Positions 45,713-56,862 of a DNA stretch of 64,000 bases are shown here, piece after piece; within the stretch, counting starts at the first letter, position 1, and each line of letters opens with the position of its first letter. The notes below the pieces were generated by a model. The model saw only the letters and a list, made by a program, of their open reading frames with translations, ran no database searches and was not told the origin of the DNA. This DNA comes from Symbiopectobacterium sp. Lineage in GTDB: Bacteria > Pseudomonadota > Gammaproteobacteria > Enterobacterales > Enterobacteriaceae. The stretch lies in contig NZ_JBLLJS010000019.1 in assembly GCF_047692315.1 (NCBI RefSeq), positions 2,223-66,222 on the forward strand, in the 5' to 3' direction. Both the position numbers and the translations under genes were made by a program.

Positions 45713-47155
45713 ATGAAGTTTATCATTAAATTGTTCCCGGAAATCACCATCAAGAGTCAATCTGTGCGGTTGCGCTTTATTAAGATACTTACCGGTAACA
45801 TTCGTAACGTGCTCAAGCACTATGACGACCAACTGGCCGTCGTCCGTCATTGGGATCATATCGAAGTCCGTGCCAAAGAGGAAAGCCAACGCGAAGAGAT
45901 TCGCGATGCGTTAACCCGTATTCCTGGCATTCATCATATTTTGGATGTTGAAGACCACGCTTACACGGACGTGCACGACATTTTTGAACAAACGCTGGCG
46001 CTTTATCGTCCTCAGCTCGAAGGAAAAAGCTTTTGTATGCGTGTGAAACGCCGTGGCAAGCACGAATTCTCTTCATAGGATGTTGAACGTTACGTCGGCG
46101 GTGGGCTTAATCAACACATCGAAAGTGCGCGCGTTAACCTCACCACGCCGTAGGTAACGGTTCATCTGGAAATCGAACAAGACCGTCTGCTGTTGATCAA
46201 AGGCTGTTATGAAGGCATTGGCGGCTTCCCGATCGGTACGCAGGAAGATGTGCTGTCGCTGATTTCCGGCGGTTTCGATTCGGGCGTATCCAGCTATATG
46301 TTGATTCGTCGCGGCTGCCGTGTGCATTACTGTTTCTTTAATCTGGGCGGTGCGGCGCATGAAATTGGCGTCAAATAGGTTGCCTATTATTTGTGGAAGC
46401 GTTTTGGCTGCTCACACCGCGTGCGCTTTGTAGCCATTGATTTTGAACCCGTGGTGGGTGAGATCCTGGAAAAAGTGGATGATGGTCAGATGGGCGTGGT
46501 GCTCAAACGCATGATAGTGCGTGCCGCTTCCCGCATTGCTGAGCGTTACGGCGTTCAGGCGTTGGTCACGGGCGAAGCGTTAGGACAGGTTTCCAGCCAA
46601 ACGCTGACCAACCTGCGTCTGATTGATAATGCATCGGATACGCTGATCCTGCGCCCGCTGATTTCGCACGATAAAGAGCACATCATCAAACTGGCGCGTC
46701 AGTTAGGCACGGAAGACTTTGCCAAGACCATGCCTGAGTATTGCGGCGTGATTTCCAAGAGCCCGACGGTGAAGGCGAAGATCGAAGAAGAAGAGGGCAA
46801 GTTTGACTTTGAGATCCTCGACTGGGTGGTATCGGAAGCGCGCAATATCGATATCCGAGATATCGCAACCCAGACCTCGCAAGAAGTAACGGAAGTTGAA
46901 ACCGTTGCGTCGCTTTCTGCCGACGATATTCTGCTGGATATTCGCTCTGTAGATGAGCAAGACGATCGACCGCTTGCGCTGCCAGCAGGTGTCGAAATCA
47001 AATCGCCGCCGTTCTACAAACTCAGCACGCAGTTCGGTGATCTTGATCAGGGTAAAACCTATCTGCTGTACTGCGAACGTGGCGTCATGAGTCGCTTGCA
47101 GGCGCTGTATCTGCGTGAGCAAGGGTTCAGCAACGTGAAGGTATATCGGCCTTAA
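45713..47155 (+). pseudogene. thiI: tRNA 4-thiouridine synthase / thiazole sulfur-carrier sulfurtransferase ThiI, interrupted by three in-frame TAG codons
   Basis: A single reading frame from 45713 to 47155 is collinear with E. coli ThiI. The N-terminus [38 protein letters not shown] is identical. The PP-loop [17 protein letters not shown], and the rhodanese [10 protein letters not shown] are present. In-frame TAG codons lie at 46076..46078, 46151..46153 and 46376..46378. There are no frameshifts. Confidence 0.9.
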
Positions 47156-47210
47156 ATCCCTCTCGGGTCATCCTCCGCGTGTGCGGAGGGTGACGGAATC
47201 GGAGGCTTAA

Positions 47211-47495
47211 TTACAGCCGCTTTGCTGCATCCTGATAGGCGGCAGAACGCTCTCGTTTTTCGATCGCGACCACATACACAGTGACAATATCTTCCTTAAC
47301 CTGATAAATCATTCTGTAACCCGAACTGCGTAGTTTGATTTTATAACAGTTGGGCAATTCTCTTAATCTGTTTGACTCGACATGTGGATTCTGAAGAATT
47401 TCAGCCAGTTTCTTTTTGAATTGCTCTCTGATGGTTGAACCTAACTTTCGCCATTCTTTGAGCGCATTAGCATCAAAATCCAAAAAGTAAGTCAT
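47211..47495 (-). CDS. relE: RelE/StbE-family type II toxin (mRNA interferase)
   Basis: The 94-aa product begins MTYFLDFDANALKEWRKL and includes YKIKLRSSGYRMIYQVKEDIVTVYVVAIEKRE, typical of RelE/ParE-fold toxins. It lies 45 nt downstream of a RelB-like gene. The locus is visibly AT-richer than its flanks. Confidence 0.85.
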   Translation of the reverse strand: MTYFLDFDANALKEWRKLGSTIREQFKKKLAEILQNPHVESNRLRELPNCYKIKLRSSGYRMIYQVKEDIVTVYVVAIEKRERSAAYQDAAKRL

Positions 47496-47540
47496 TAAAA
47501 TTCCTTTTTAAATGACGTCATCTATCAATCCATTTCCTGC

Positions 47541-47792
47541 TTACAGGTCATCAAGCGTCACTCTGACGGGCTGAGGATTTTTCAGCCGTTGGCGAGCAAC
47601 TTCGATCAATACCGCGTCCTCATCGCTTAACAGCATTTGGCGAAAGGGCAGTCGCTCATTGGTGGCAACGTATTCCAGTGTTTGATGCAGTAGCTCGGAA
47701 GGCGTCATCCCCAGTTTCTCCAAGACACTAAAAGAGCGCGCTTTAAGCTCGTCATCGATGCGAATGTTCAAGTGTCCCATGATGTTCCCCAT
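47541..47792 (-). CDS. relB: RelB/DinJ-family type II antitoxin
   Basis: The 83-aa product includes LNIRIDDELKARSFSVLEKLGMTPSELLHQTLEYV, a ribbon-helix-helix RelB/DinJ signature. The start could instead be the second Met at 47780. Confidence 0.82.
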   Translation of the reverse strand: MGNIMGHLNIRIDDELKARSFSVLEKLGMTPSELLHQTLEYVATNERLPFRQMLLSDEDAVLIEVARQRLKNPQPVRVTLDDL

Positions 47793-47894
47793 TTAGTATG
47801 ATAGCTTGCAATGACAAATGTAATTACTTTTATAATGGCATTATGGCAAACTATCATCAGGCTATCAACGCTGTTAGCCACAGAGATGTAGGCA

Positions 47895-48485
47895 TCAATC
47901 CCGATAATCATAAATTCCCGGTGGCAGCACCAACTGCGCTGCGACTTCTGCTGCCTCGGCACGCCCCAACAGTAAATCGATAAGTTTCAAGGCGAAATCC
48001 ATGCTGGTTCCGGGCCCCTGGCTGGTAAGCAGGTTGACACGGGGATCGAACACCACTCGCTTATCCATCCATTTTTCTGGCGCAATCTTTTCTTTCAGCG
48101 TGGGGTATCCGGTCATGTTGCCAACCGGGAACAACTGATGATGTTCCAGTACTAGCGCAGGCACGGCGCAAATGGCGGCAACGATTTTACCTTCCTGATG
48201 CTTCTGGCGAATACATTCCACTAGCAACGGGCTATCGCGAAAGCATTCCGCGCCCTTGACGCCACCGGGTAACACGGTGGCGTCAAACGGGTTATCCGCG
48301 ACGGAGACTAGCGGTGCATCTGCCACCAACCTTGCGCCACGTGAGCAGGTGACTGTCGTCGAACCGTCGCTGGCAACACTGGCCACGGTAACGTTAATGC
48401 CAGCTCTCACCAACAGGTCGAAGGTAGTGACAGCCTCGGTTTCTTCGCTACCAGGTGCCAGACAGAGGAGTACCGATGCGGTCAT
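47895..48485 (-). CDS. yajL: Protein/nucleotide deglycase YajL (DJ-1/PfpI family)
   Basis: The 196-aa product includes [23 protein letters not shown] and AAICA with the nucleophile-elbow Cys. It is collinear with E. coli YajL. Confidence 0.92.
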   Translation of the reverse strand: MTASVLLCLAPGSEETEAVTTFDLLVRAGINVTVASVASDGSTTVTCSRGARLVADAPLVSVADNPFDATVLPGGVKGAECFRDSPLLVECIRQKHQEGKIVAAICAVPALVLEHHQLFPVGNMTGYPTLKEKIAPEKWMDKRVVFDPRVNLLTSQGPGTSMDFALKLIDLLLGRAEAAEVAAQLVLPPGIYDYRD

Positions 48486-49383
48486 ATTCGCTTTCCTTAA
48501 GCTTAATCATTTCAAATAAACGGCTGTTCTCTGGCAGCGCTAGTCCGTGGGCGCGGGCGCGTTGCAGCAGATAGCCTGTAATGTAGTCAATTTCAGTATG
48601 ACGCTGCGCCCGAATATCCTGCAACATCGAGGAGGTGTTCTCGGCAGTGTTCTGAATCAATTGCTCTACGTACAGTTTTACCTGTTCCTGTGAATCGGGA
48701 TGGCCTTCACGCTCCATCACGCGTGCAATCTCCTGACACAGCAAGTCTATCTGCTGTGGATAGGCGCTTAACGCGCCGTTTTTGCAGTCATAAAGCACCG
48801 TCAAGGGGTTGATGACGCAGTTTGCGGCCAGTTTACGCCAGCACGTCACGATAATGTTGTTGTGCCAGGCGACATCCGGCAGCGCCTGATGCAGCAACTC
48901 TGCCAGTGCGGTGTGTGTTTCGCTGTGGGGGACGATTCCGCGGTTATTGCCGCGGGTAATGGCACCGATGTGCGTGGTGCCTCCGGCAACGTGCACCACC
49001 AGCGTCGCATCGCGTCGGGCTGCATGGGTGGTAACACCTTGCAGCAATGGCTGAGTCAAGTCAGGTAGCTCTTCCCGAGTCCCCATGCCGTTATGTAACA
49101 ACAGAATAGTGCAGTTGGGCGCAATATTCGGTAACAGCGCATTGACCGCATCGGAAACCTGCCAGGCTTTTAGCGTTACCAGCAACAGTTCGCTCTGTAT
49201 CAGATGTTCGGGATCGTTTGTCGGCAGCATCAGATTACACAGCGTTCCGTTCAGCATTTGCACATTGACGGCGCAGAGCGGGGCGGGAAAACGCATCCAT
49301 CCCTGAACGTCGTGGCCTTGCTGATGTAATGCGGCAAGCCAAAGCTGCCCAAGTGCGCCGCAACCCAGCACGGTAATTTTCAT
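48448..49383 (-). CDS. panE: 2-dehydropantoate 2-reductase PanE
   Basis: The 311-aa product begins [16 protein letters not shown] and includes [13 protein letters not shown] and [18 protein letters not shown]. It is collinear with E. coli PanE and overlaps yajL by 38 nt. Confidence 0.93.
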   Translation of the reverse strand: MKITVLGCGALGQLWLAALHQQGHDVQGWMRFPAPLCAVNVQMLNGTLCNLMLPTNDPEHLIQSELLLVTLKAWQVSDAVNALLPNIAPNCTILLLHNGMGTREELPDLTQPLLQGVTTHAARRDATLVVHVAGGTTHIGAITRGNNRGIVPHSETHTALAELLHQALPDVAWHNNIIVTCWRKLAANCVINPLTVLYDCKNGALSAYPQQIDLLCQEIARVMEREGHPDSQEQVKLYVEQLIQNTAENTSSMLQDIRAQRHTEIDYITGYLLQRARAHGLALPENSRLFEMIKLKESEYDRIGTPLSGTW

Positions 49384-49594
49384 CTGAGGTTTCCTTTATG
49401 AATGCGCGTAGCGCGCAGTGTGACGGCGGCTGTTTTCTTTTGGTTGATTCTTTCTGCCCAGTTAATTAAGTATTATGGCGCGCGAAAAATGGACTGCAAG
49501 CACCAAGGCCGGCGGATGTTGTTTCTCTCTGGAGAACAGGTATCATGCATGCCACATAACCCTATTCCAACGCATAAGTCAGGGAGAATTGATT

Positions 49595-50086
49595 ATGCCA
49601 TCTTTCGATATTGTATCGGAAATCGATATGCAGGAAATCCGCAACGCGGTTGAGAACGCTTCGCGCGAACTGACCAATCGCTGGGATTTCCGTAACGTAC
49701 CGGCAAGTTTTGAGCTGAATGAAAAAAATGAGCAGATCAAAGTAGCCAGCGAGTCCGATTTTCAGGTGCAACAGCTGGTTGATATCCTGAGCGAAAAACT
49801 GGTGAAACGGGGTATAGAAGCGGGCGCATTGGACATTCCTGAAGAGATGGAACACAGCGGCAAGACCTACAGCGTCAACGCCAAGCTGAAACAGGGCATT
49901 GAGCCGGAGCAGGCGAAAAAAATCGTCAAGCTGATCAAAGACAGCAAGCTGAAAGTGCAGACGCAGATTCAGGGCGATCAGCTGCGCGTCACCGGCAAAG
50001 CGCGTGATGATCTGCAAGGCGTGATTGCGTTGATTCGCGGTGCGAATTTGGGGCAACCTTTCCAGTTCACTAATTTCCGCGATTAA
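49595..50086 (+). CDS. yajQ: Nucleotide-binding protein YajQ
   Basis: From the ATG at 49595 the product begins [25 protein letters not shown], includes NRWDFRN, and ends FQFTNFRD. It is 163 aa. Confidence 0.94.
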   Translation: MPSFDIVSEIDMQEIRNAVENASRELTNRWDFRNVPASFELNEKNEQIKVASESDFQVQQLVDILSEKLVKRGIEAGALDIPEEMEHSGKTYSVNAKLKQGIEPEQAKKIVKLIKDSKLKVQTQIQGDQLRVTGKARDDLQGVIALIRGANLGQPFQFTNFRD

Positions 50087-50150
50087 TTGCATGGGGCCAG
50101 CGATGCTGGCCCGTTTGGGCTCAGGCTTGTCCGATCAGCGCTTCGAGCTG

Positions 50151-51500
50151 CTAGCGACTGGTTTTCTGACGATCGATTTTAACATAGGCACTGCGCTCTT
50201 CCGGCACAACGATGGCTTCAGCCACACCCGGGTGTATGCGTATTTTTTGCGCTAACGCTGAGTCGTCCAGCGCCTCGTCGGGCAGGGCAATACGCAGGCT
50301 GCTGAGATACGGTGGCTCCTTCATACTGACGCCCACGATAAGCCACAGTGCACAGAGCAGCGTTCCTGCTGCAAACACCCAAGCCGCGCCGTGGAATTGA
50401 AACAGCGCGCCGCCCATGCTGCCACCGATGGCAACACCGATAAACTGGGTGGTGGAATAAACGCCCATTGCAGTGCCCTTATAGCCCGCCGGAGCCTCTT
50501 TGCTGATAAGCGACGGCAGCAGTGCTTCCATAATATTAAACGCCAGAAAAAACAGCTGAACGCCTGCTACGATAGGCCAGAATTGGCTGCCCGCCATCCA
50601 TAAAATCCCTTCTGCGGCCAGCAGCACGATGATACAACCGACAAATACCCGCTTCATCTGCCGTTTTACTTCGGCATAGATGATAAACGGCAGTACACCA
50701 ATAAATGAAATCAGCATGGTGTATAGATAAACTTTCCAGTGTGCTTCAGCGGGCAGACCGGCCTGCTCCAGCACGCGCGGCAGGGCGACAAAACTCGACA
50801 TCAGCAGGATATGCAGGCACATGATGCCGATATTGAGTTTCACCAGCCGGCTGTTACTGAGTACCTGGCGAATGCTGCCGCGTACAATGGCGGATTCCCG
50901 ATTAAGCGCGTGGTTCGCCGCGTTGGGGATCAGTGTCAGGGTGATCACAATACCGAGTGATGCGAGCAGGGCCATGCACCAGAACAGCGATTGTAATCCC
51001 CAGGCGTGCGCGACGATCGGGCCAAGCACCATGGCAATGGCAAAGGTCACGCCGAAACTGATGCCGATAAAAGCCATCGCTTTGGTGCGATTTTGTTCGC
51101 GTGTCAAATCTGATAGCAACGCCATAACCGCCGCCGATATCGCTCCCGCGCCCTGTAATGCGCGACCGAGGATAATGCCCCAGATATTAGTACTGAGGGC
51201 GGCAATTACGCTGCCGAGCACAAACATGAGCAAGCCGATAACAATGAGCGGTTTACGCCCGACACGATCGGAAAGCAGGCCAAAGGGCACCTGGAACAGC
51301 GCCTGCATCAAGCCATAGATACCGATAGCGAGACCAATCAAGGATTCGCTGGCACCCTGCAATGTCATGCCGTAAGTCGTAAGCACTGGCAACACCATAA
51401 ACATGCCGAGCATACGCAGGGAAAAGACGGCACCTAAACCCCAGGTTGCGCGCCGTTCGCGCGGCGTCATGATGTTGTCTGTGAGGGATGTGTCGTTCAT
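50151..51500 (-). CDS. yajR: MFS transporter YajR
   Basis: The 449-aa product includes RRATWGLGAVFSLRMLGMFMVLPVLTTYGM. It is collinear with E. coli YajR, including the C-terminal YAM domain. Confidence 0.92.
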   Translation of the reverse strand: MNDTSLTDNIMTPRERRATWGLGAVFSLRMLGMFMVLPVLTTYGMTLQGASESLIGLAIGIYGLMQALFQVPFGLLSDRVGRKPLIVIGLLMFVLGSVIAALSTNIWGIILGRALQGAGAISAAVMALLSDLTREQNRTKAMAFIGISFGVTFAIAMVLGPIVAHAWGLQSLFWCMALLASLGIVITLTLIPNAANHALNRESAIVRGSIRQVLSNSRLVKLNIGIMCLHILLMSSFVALPRVLEQAGLPAEAHWKVYLYTMLISFIGVLPFIIYAEVKRQMKRVFVGCIIVLLAAEGILWMAGSQFWPIVAGVQLFFLAFNIMEALLPSLISKEAPAGYKGTAMGVYSTTQFIGVAIGGSMGGALFQFHGAAWVFAAGTLLCALWLIVGVSMKEPPYLSSLRIALPDEALDDSALAQKIRIHPGVAEAIVVPEERSAYVKIDRQKTSR

Positions 51501-51687
51501 GAAAACCTCAAATTCGCGTTGGCGCTATTGTAGTGCCTTACTCATCGGGCCGTAAAATGGTGGCTTTGTTACTTGATTTGGCGCGCTGTCATAAAATGAC
51601 ATATTAAATGCAGCAAAACACGAGGGTGTGCGCAAAAAAACAGACGATGGAGGTCGTCTGTTTTTAACGTCAAAAATCATGTTTGCA

Positions 51688-52581
51688 TTAGCGCAGCGCG
51701 GTGATCAGCACATCCTGCATGGGCGCCATTGAGTCGACGGACATCATCACGCTCAGTGAAGTGATGGCAACGATCGAGAACACAAAGAGTTTGCGTGCCC
51801 ACACTTTGTCATCATTGGGTTTCTTGTAGCCTGACAACGCCATGCCCAACCACCAGATGCTCACGGATGCAGCAACAACCAGATATTTATACCCGGCATA
51901 ACCACCCAGCGACAGCATTAGCGTTGCCACCATAAACGCCAGGATGTACAGCGTAATATGGTTTTTCGCAACGGAAATGCCTTTCACCACGGGTAATACC
52001 GGAATGTTGGCTGCCTGATAATCCTTGAAGCGGAAAATGGCGATAGCGTAGGAGTGCGGCATTTGCCACAGGCTGAAGATCAACAGCAGGATCAATGTGC
52101 CTGCATCAAACTGGTTGCTCACGGCGCAATAACCAATAACGGGCGGAGCGGCTCCGGACAGGCTGCCGATCAGCGTACCGTAGACCGAGTGGCGCTTCAT
52201 ATACAGACTGTAGACACCCACATATACCGCAAAGCCCATCACTGACAGCCACATAGCCAGCGGATTTGCCGCAATGTAAAGCAACGCAAAACCGGCAATA
52301 CCTAACGCAGCCGCATAACCCAGCGAAACCTTGACCGAAATCAGCCCCTTCACCATGACTCTGTTTTTGGTTCTCTCCATCTTTTTGTCGATGTCGCGGT
52401 CGATGACGTTATTGAATACGCAACCGGACGCAACCACCAACGACACCCCAAACAGGGTAGCGATAAAGAGGGGATAATCGATACTGCCTTTGGACGCCAG
52501 CAGAAAACCCCCGACAACAGAAATCAGGTTGCCGAAAATGATTCCTGGTTTTGTGACTTGTAGGTATTGCTTAATCATCAT
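51688..52581 (-). CDS. cyoE: Protoheme IX farnesyltransferase (heme O synthase) CyoE
   Basis: From the ATG at 52581 the product begins [39 protein letters not shown]. It is collinear with E. coli CyoE. Confidence 0.94.
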   Translation of the reverse strand: MMIKQYLQVTKPGIIFGNLISVVGGFLLASKGSIDYPLFIATLFGVSLVVASGCVFNNVIDRDIDKKMERTKNRVMVKGLISVKVSLGYAAALGIAGFALLYIAANPLAMWLSVMGFAVYVGVYSLYMKRHSVYGTLIGSLSGAAPPVIGYCAVSNQFDAGTLILLLIFSLWQMPHSYAIAIFRFKDYQAANIPVLPVVKGISVAKNHITLYILAFMVATLMLSLGGYAGYKYLVVAASVSIWWLGMALSGYKKPNDDKVWARKLFVFSIVAITSLSVMMSVDSMAPMQDVLITALR

Positions 52582-52592
52582 GTCTGGCTCGA

Positions 52593-52922
52593 TTACGAAA
52601 TCATCATATTGTGGTGTGCGCTCATCATGATCCTGATGGACCCAACCACCACGATGGCGATAATCAGAATGGCGAACACCAGTGCTACCACGTTCCAGCA
52701 CTGCCCGGAAGAGTTGTTCAGATGCAGGAAGTAGACCAGGTGAACCAGAATCTGTACCACGGCGCAACCAACCACGCCTTCCATGATCACTGCCGGTGAG
52801 GCGGAACCCGCCATCACCAGGCCGAGCGGGATCACGGTCAGAATGACCGACATAATAAAGCCGATGAGATAAGACTGAACGCTGCCGTGGCTAGCGCCGT
52901 GATCGGTCGTAGAATGACTCAT
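52593..52922 (-). CDS. cyoD: Cytochrome bo3 ubiquinol oxidase subunit IV
   Basis: From the ATG at 52922 the product is 109 aa and begins [32 protein letters not shown]. The ATG overlaps the cyoC TAA as TAATG. Confidence 0.93.
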   Translation of the reverse strand: MSHSTTDHGASHGSVQSYLIGFIMSVILTVIPLGLVMAGSASPAVIMEGVVGCAVVQILVHLVYFLHLNNSSGQCWNVVALVFAILIIAIVVVGSIRIMMSAHHNMMIS

Positions 52923-53545
52923 TACATCGCCCCCATCAGATAAACTACGGTAAAGACACAGATCCATACCACGTCAAGGAAGTGCCAGAACAGGCTCAGA
53001 CACATCAAACGGGTTTTCACGGTAGGGGTGATACCCCAACGTGAGACCTGGATCATCATCACGATAAGCCAGATTAGACCGGAGATGACGTGGATCCCGT
53101 GGGTACCTACCAGCGCAAAGAAGGCTGACAGGAACGCGCTGCGATCCGGGCCGTATCCTTCTGCAATCAGGTGATGGAATTCATAGATTTCCATCCCGAT
53201 AAACACCAGACCGAACAGAAGGGTGATGGCCAGCCAGGTGTTGATGCGTGCCACGTTGCCTTTATACATGGCGATCATCGCCATGCCGAAGGTGATACTG
53301 CTCAGCAGCAGAGCGAAGGTTTCGACCAGTACAAATTTGAGGTCAAACAGCCCTTTTCCGGACGGGCCGCCCGCCGTGCCGTTCACCAGAACGGCAAAAG
53401 TGGCGAACAGCGAGCCGAAAATGATCAGATCGCTCATGAGGTAGACCCAGAACCCCAGCACCTTGGTGCCGCTGGCGTCGTGGTGCCCATGCTCGGCATG
53501 GGCGTCATGAGCAGCGTGATGATGCGTCAGAGTTTCAGTTGCCAT
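52922..53545 (-). CDS. cyoC: Cytochrome bo3 ubiquinol oxidase subunit III
   Basis: The ORF is 207 aa and includes [10 protein letters not shown]-like [21 protein letters not shown]. It is collinear with E. coli CyoC. Confidence 0.94.
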   Translation of the reverse strand: MATETLTHHHAAHDAHAEHGHHDASGTKVLGFWVYLMSDLIIFGSLFATFAVLVNGTAGGPSGKGLFDLKFVLVETFALLLSSITFGMAMIAMYKGNVARINTWLAITLLFGLVFIGMEIYEFHHLIAEGYGPDRSAFLSAFFALVGTHGIHVISGLIWLIVMMIQVSRWGITPTVKTRLMCLSLFWHFLDVVWICVFTVVYLMGAM

Positions 53546-55526
53546 GTTTCACACCTGTTTTGCTGATATTGTCGAAGTGCTGGTTTTCGATCTCTTCGAT
53601 TTGTTTGACCGGAACGTAGTAATCCACATCGCGGTTAAAGCTGTGCACGATCCAGGTCGCTATCATGCCGACAAAGCCGACAATCACCATCCACCAGATA
53701 TGCCAGATCATGGCGAAGCCAAATACCAGGCTGAACGCCGAGATAATCACGCCTGCACCGGTGTTCTTCGGCATATGAATTTCTTCATAGCTGGCCGGTT
53801 TTTTATACGCTTCACCGCGCTCTTTCTGTTCCCAAAAGGCATCGCGCTCCTGAATATGCGGCACGATAGCAAAGTTGTAGAACGGCGGCGGAGAAGAGGT
53901 CTCCCATTCCAGCGTACGGCCACCCCACGGGTCACCGGTCAAATCACGATTTTGGTCGCGATCGCGGATACTGACATAGAACTGAATGACTTGGCACAGC
54001 ACGCCCAGACCAATCAGCACGGCGCCGACTGAAGCGACGACCAGCAGCGAGTGGAATTGTGGGTCAATCTGTTGGCTAAGACGACGGGTCATGCCCATGA
54101 AGCCCAGCACGTACAGCGGCATAAAGGCAGTGAAGAAGCCGATAATCCAGAACCAGAAAGCGCGTTTACCCCAGGTTTCGTTCAGCGTGAAGCCGAAAGC
54201 TTTCGGGAACCAGTAGGTGATACCGGCAAACACACCGAACACCACGCCGCCGATGATCACGTTATGGAAGTGCGCAATCAGGAACAGGCTGTTGTGCAAC
54301 ACAAAGTTGGCACCCGGCACCGCCAGCAGCACCCCGGTCATCCCACCGATGGTAAAGGTGATGATGAAGCCAGTGGTCCAGTACATGGCGGAGTTCGGTT
54401 GAATTCGGCCCTGATACATGGTGAACAGCCAGTTGAAAATTTTCACCCCGGTCGGGATGGAAATGATCATTGTCGCTATACCAAAGAAGGCGTTAACGTT
54501 CGCGCCAGACCCCATGGTGAAGAAGTGGTGCAGCCAAACAATAAACGACAGGACGGTAATCGCGATGGTTGCCCACACCAGTGAGGTGTAGCCAAACAGA
54601 CGCTTCCTACAGAAAGTAGCAACCACTTCGGAGTAAACACCGAAGATTGGCAGCACCAGAATGTACACCTCAGGATGGCCCCAGGCCCAGATCAGGTTGA
54701 TGTACATCATCATGTTGCCGCCCATATCGTTGGTAAAGAAACGGGTGCCCAGATAGCGATCCAGGGTCAGCAATGCAATGGTCACGGTCAGAATCGGGAA
54801 CGCCGCGATGATCAGCACGTTGGTGCACAGTGCCGTCCAGGTAAAGACCGGCATTTTCATCAGCGTCATGCCCGGTGCGCGCATACGGATAATGGTGGCG
54901 AAGAAGTTCACCCCGGTCAGCGTAGTGCCCAGACCGGATATCTGTAGACTCCATATCCAGTAATCGACCCCTACGCCGGGGCTGTACTCCTTACCGGAAA
55001 GCGGCGGGTAGGCCACCCAACCTGTTTGTGCAAATTCCCCGATACCGAGCGACAGGTTAATCAGGATAACGCCTACCACGAACAGCCAGAAGCTGAGCGA
55101 GTTGAGGAAGGGGAAGGCCACGTCGCGCGCGCCGATTTGCAACGGCACAGCCAGGTTCATCAGACCGACCACAAACGGCGTTGCCACGAAGAAAATCATG
55201 ATTACGCCGTGCGCGGTAAATATCTGATCGTAGTGGTGCGCGTTGAGGAAACCTGCCTCACTCGCCGAAGCCAGTACTTGTTGACCGCGCATCATGATGG
55301 CATCGGCAAAGCCACGCAACATCATGATAAACGCGACGATCATGTACATGATGCCGATACGTTTGTGATCTACCGAGGTGAACCACTCGGCCCACAGCCA
55401 CTTCCATTTGCCGAAGTAGGTGATGGCCGCTAAAAGCGCCAGGCCGCCGACAATAATACCGGCCACCGTGACCATGATAATGGGTTCATGATACGGAATC
55501 GCATCAAGAGTTAGTTTTCCGAACAT
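53535..55526 (-). CDS. cyoB: Cytochrome bo3 ubiquinol oxidase subunit I
   Basis: The ORF is 663 aa. It carries heme-copper oxidase subunit I motifs ([23 protein letters not shown]). Confidence 0.96.
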   Translation of the reverse strand: MFGKLTLDAIPYHEPIIMVTVAGIIVGGLALLAAITYFGKWKWLWAEWFTSVDHKRIGIMYMIVAFIMMLRGFADAIMMRGQQVLASASEAGFLNAHHYDQIFTAHGVIMIFFVATPFVVGLMNLAVPLQIGARDVAFPFLNSLSFWLFVVGVILINLSLGIGEFAQTGWVAYPPLSGKEYSPGVGVDYWIWSLQISGLGTTLTGVNFFATIIRMRAPGMTLMKMPVFTWTALCTNVLIIAAFPILTVTIALLTLDRYLGTRFFTNDMGGNMMMYINLIWAWGHPEVYILVLPIFGVYSEVVATFCRKRLFGYTSLVWATIAITVLSFIVWLHHFFTMGSGANVNAFFGIATMIISIPTGVKIFNWLFTMYQGRIQPNSAMYWTTGFIITFTIGGMTGVLLAVPGANFVLHNSLFLIAHFHNVIIGGVVFGVFAGITYWFPKAFGFTLNETWGKRAFWFWIIGFFTAFMPLYVLGFMGMTRRLSQQIDPQFHSLLVVASVGAVLIGLGVLCQVIQFYVSIRDRDQNRDLTGDPWGGRTLEWETSSPPPFYNFAIVPHIQERDAFWEQKERGEAYKKPASYEEIHMPKNTGAGVIISAFSLVFGFAMIWHIWWMVIVGFVGMIATWIVHSFNRDVDYYVPVKQIEEIENQHFDNISKTGVKHGN

Positions 55527-55530
55527 CGTC

Positions 55531-56496
55531 TTATCCCTCGGCGCCTTGGTGCGAGGCGTGCTCGCTCATGTTCATGTTGTCACCGTGTTGCATGCCATCT
55601 TGTTCCGTTTCACTTCCCGCATGGTGATGCGCAGGCGCGCCGCCACTTTGCGTGAATTTGTGAATCAGGTTTTCAAACAGCTCAGGTTGCACGCTGGAGA
55701 AGTACTCTACCGGGTGGAATTCGCTGGGTTTTGCCAGAGCATTGAATTCTTCGGTGCTGTTTAGCGTTTTGCTGGACGCGCGCACGGTGGCAACCCACTG
55801 ATCGAATTCCTGCTGGCTTGGCGTAGCGATGGCGGTAAACTTCATGCCAGAGAAGCCTTTCCCGCTATAACCACCGGAAATACCATCGTATTTACCCGGC
55901 TCATTGGCGATAAGATGCAGTTTGGTTTGCATACCGGCCATGGCGTAAATCTGCCCACCCAGACGCGGGATGAAGAAGGAGTTCATCACCGTATCGGAGG
56001 TGATCTTGAAGTTCACCGGTACATTGGCAGGGAACGCTAGCTCATTGACCGTGGCGATACCCAATTCCGGGTATACAAACAGCCACTTCCAGTCGAGGGA
56101 AATCACTTCGACGGTAATCGGCTTGGCCTCGGAGGCCAACGGCTTATACGGATCGAGCGAATGGGTGGTTTTCCAGGTAATAGTACCCAGAATAAGAATG
56201 ATGATGATGGGAACTGTCCATACCACCGCTTCAATCTTGTTGGAGTGTGACCAGTTCGGGGTATATTTTGCCTTGGTGTTGGAAGCGCGGAACTTCCAGG
56301 CAAAAGCGATGGTCATCACGATTACCGGAATAACCACGATCAACATCAACCCGATTGCCGTCAGAATCAACGACCGTTGCTCCAACCCGACCTGTCCTTT
56401 GGGGTTAATCAATGCCATATCGCAACCGCCCAGTAGTGCTGCGGTTGCGAATAAAGACAACATCCCAAAAATTTTATTGTATTTCCTGAGTCTCAT
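55531..56496 (-). CDS. cyoA: Cytochrome bo3 ubiquinol oxidase subunit II
   Basis: The ORF is 321 aa. It has the lipobox ALLGGC, two TM helices and a cupredoxin domain ([17 protein letters not shown]). Confidence 0.95.
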   Translation of the reverse strand: MRLRKYNKIFGMLSLFATAALLGGCDMALINPKGQVGLEQRSLILTAIGLMLIVVIPVIVMTIAFAWKFRASNTKAKYTPNWSHSNKIEAVVWTVPIIIILILGTITWKTTHSLDPYKPLASEAKPITVEVISLDWKWLFVYPELGIATVNELAFPANVPVNFKITSDTVMNSFFIPRLGGQIYAMAGMQTKLHLIANEPGKYDGISGGYSGKGFSGMKFTAIATPSQQEFDQWVATVRASSKTLNSTEEFNALAKPSEFHPVEYFSSVQPELFENLIHKFTQSGGAPAHHHAGSETEQDGMQHGDNMNMSEHASHQGAEG

Positions 56497-56862
56497 CTAG
56501 CGACCTCAATAACAAGGGCTCTATTGTCATTTCATGCGAGCGGGTATTTTACGGTAAGGTTACTGCACTGTAAACATGATTAAGGTTATGTCAGCGCTTT
56601 GTTGCTGATTTTTGCCCTGAATGTCACAATTATCTTGTCGTCAGGAAAAATTTATTAAAAACAGTGAATTAAATTTGTCCCGTAGAGAAGTATGGATGGA
56701 TAAAAAAATTACAACCCGCTTGATGGGTAATTTTCCATCGAATGAACTTCGTTTGCTCTCGCACTTTTTCCTGACAATAAAATAGCCAGGAAAAAGTGAG
56801 CCAACGCGAAAAATAACGTAATAATACGATGGAGTGATAACTACGCTGGTTTAGCGCTATTT

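Noticed and set aside
45713-47155. Possible amber (TAG) codon reassignment or programmed readthrough, prompted by five in-frame TAGs in thiI, ppnP and the adhesin.
   Set aside because: TAG is used as the normal terminator of intact conserved genes in the same window: sbcC at 18364..18366, nrdR at 38737..38739 and panE at 48448..48450. ampG carries a TGA nonsense codon. No tRNA gene or recoding machinery is visible. TAG is also the expected commonest nonsense product of GC-to-AT transitions, from CAG and TGG. I kept the thiI cluster as a finding to be checked, not as a claim.
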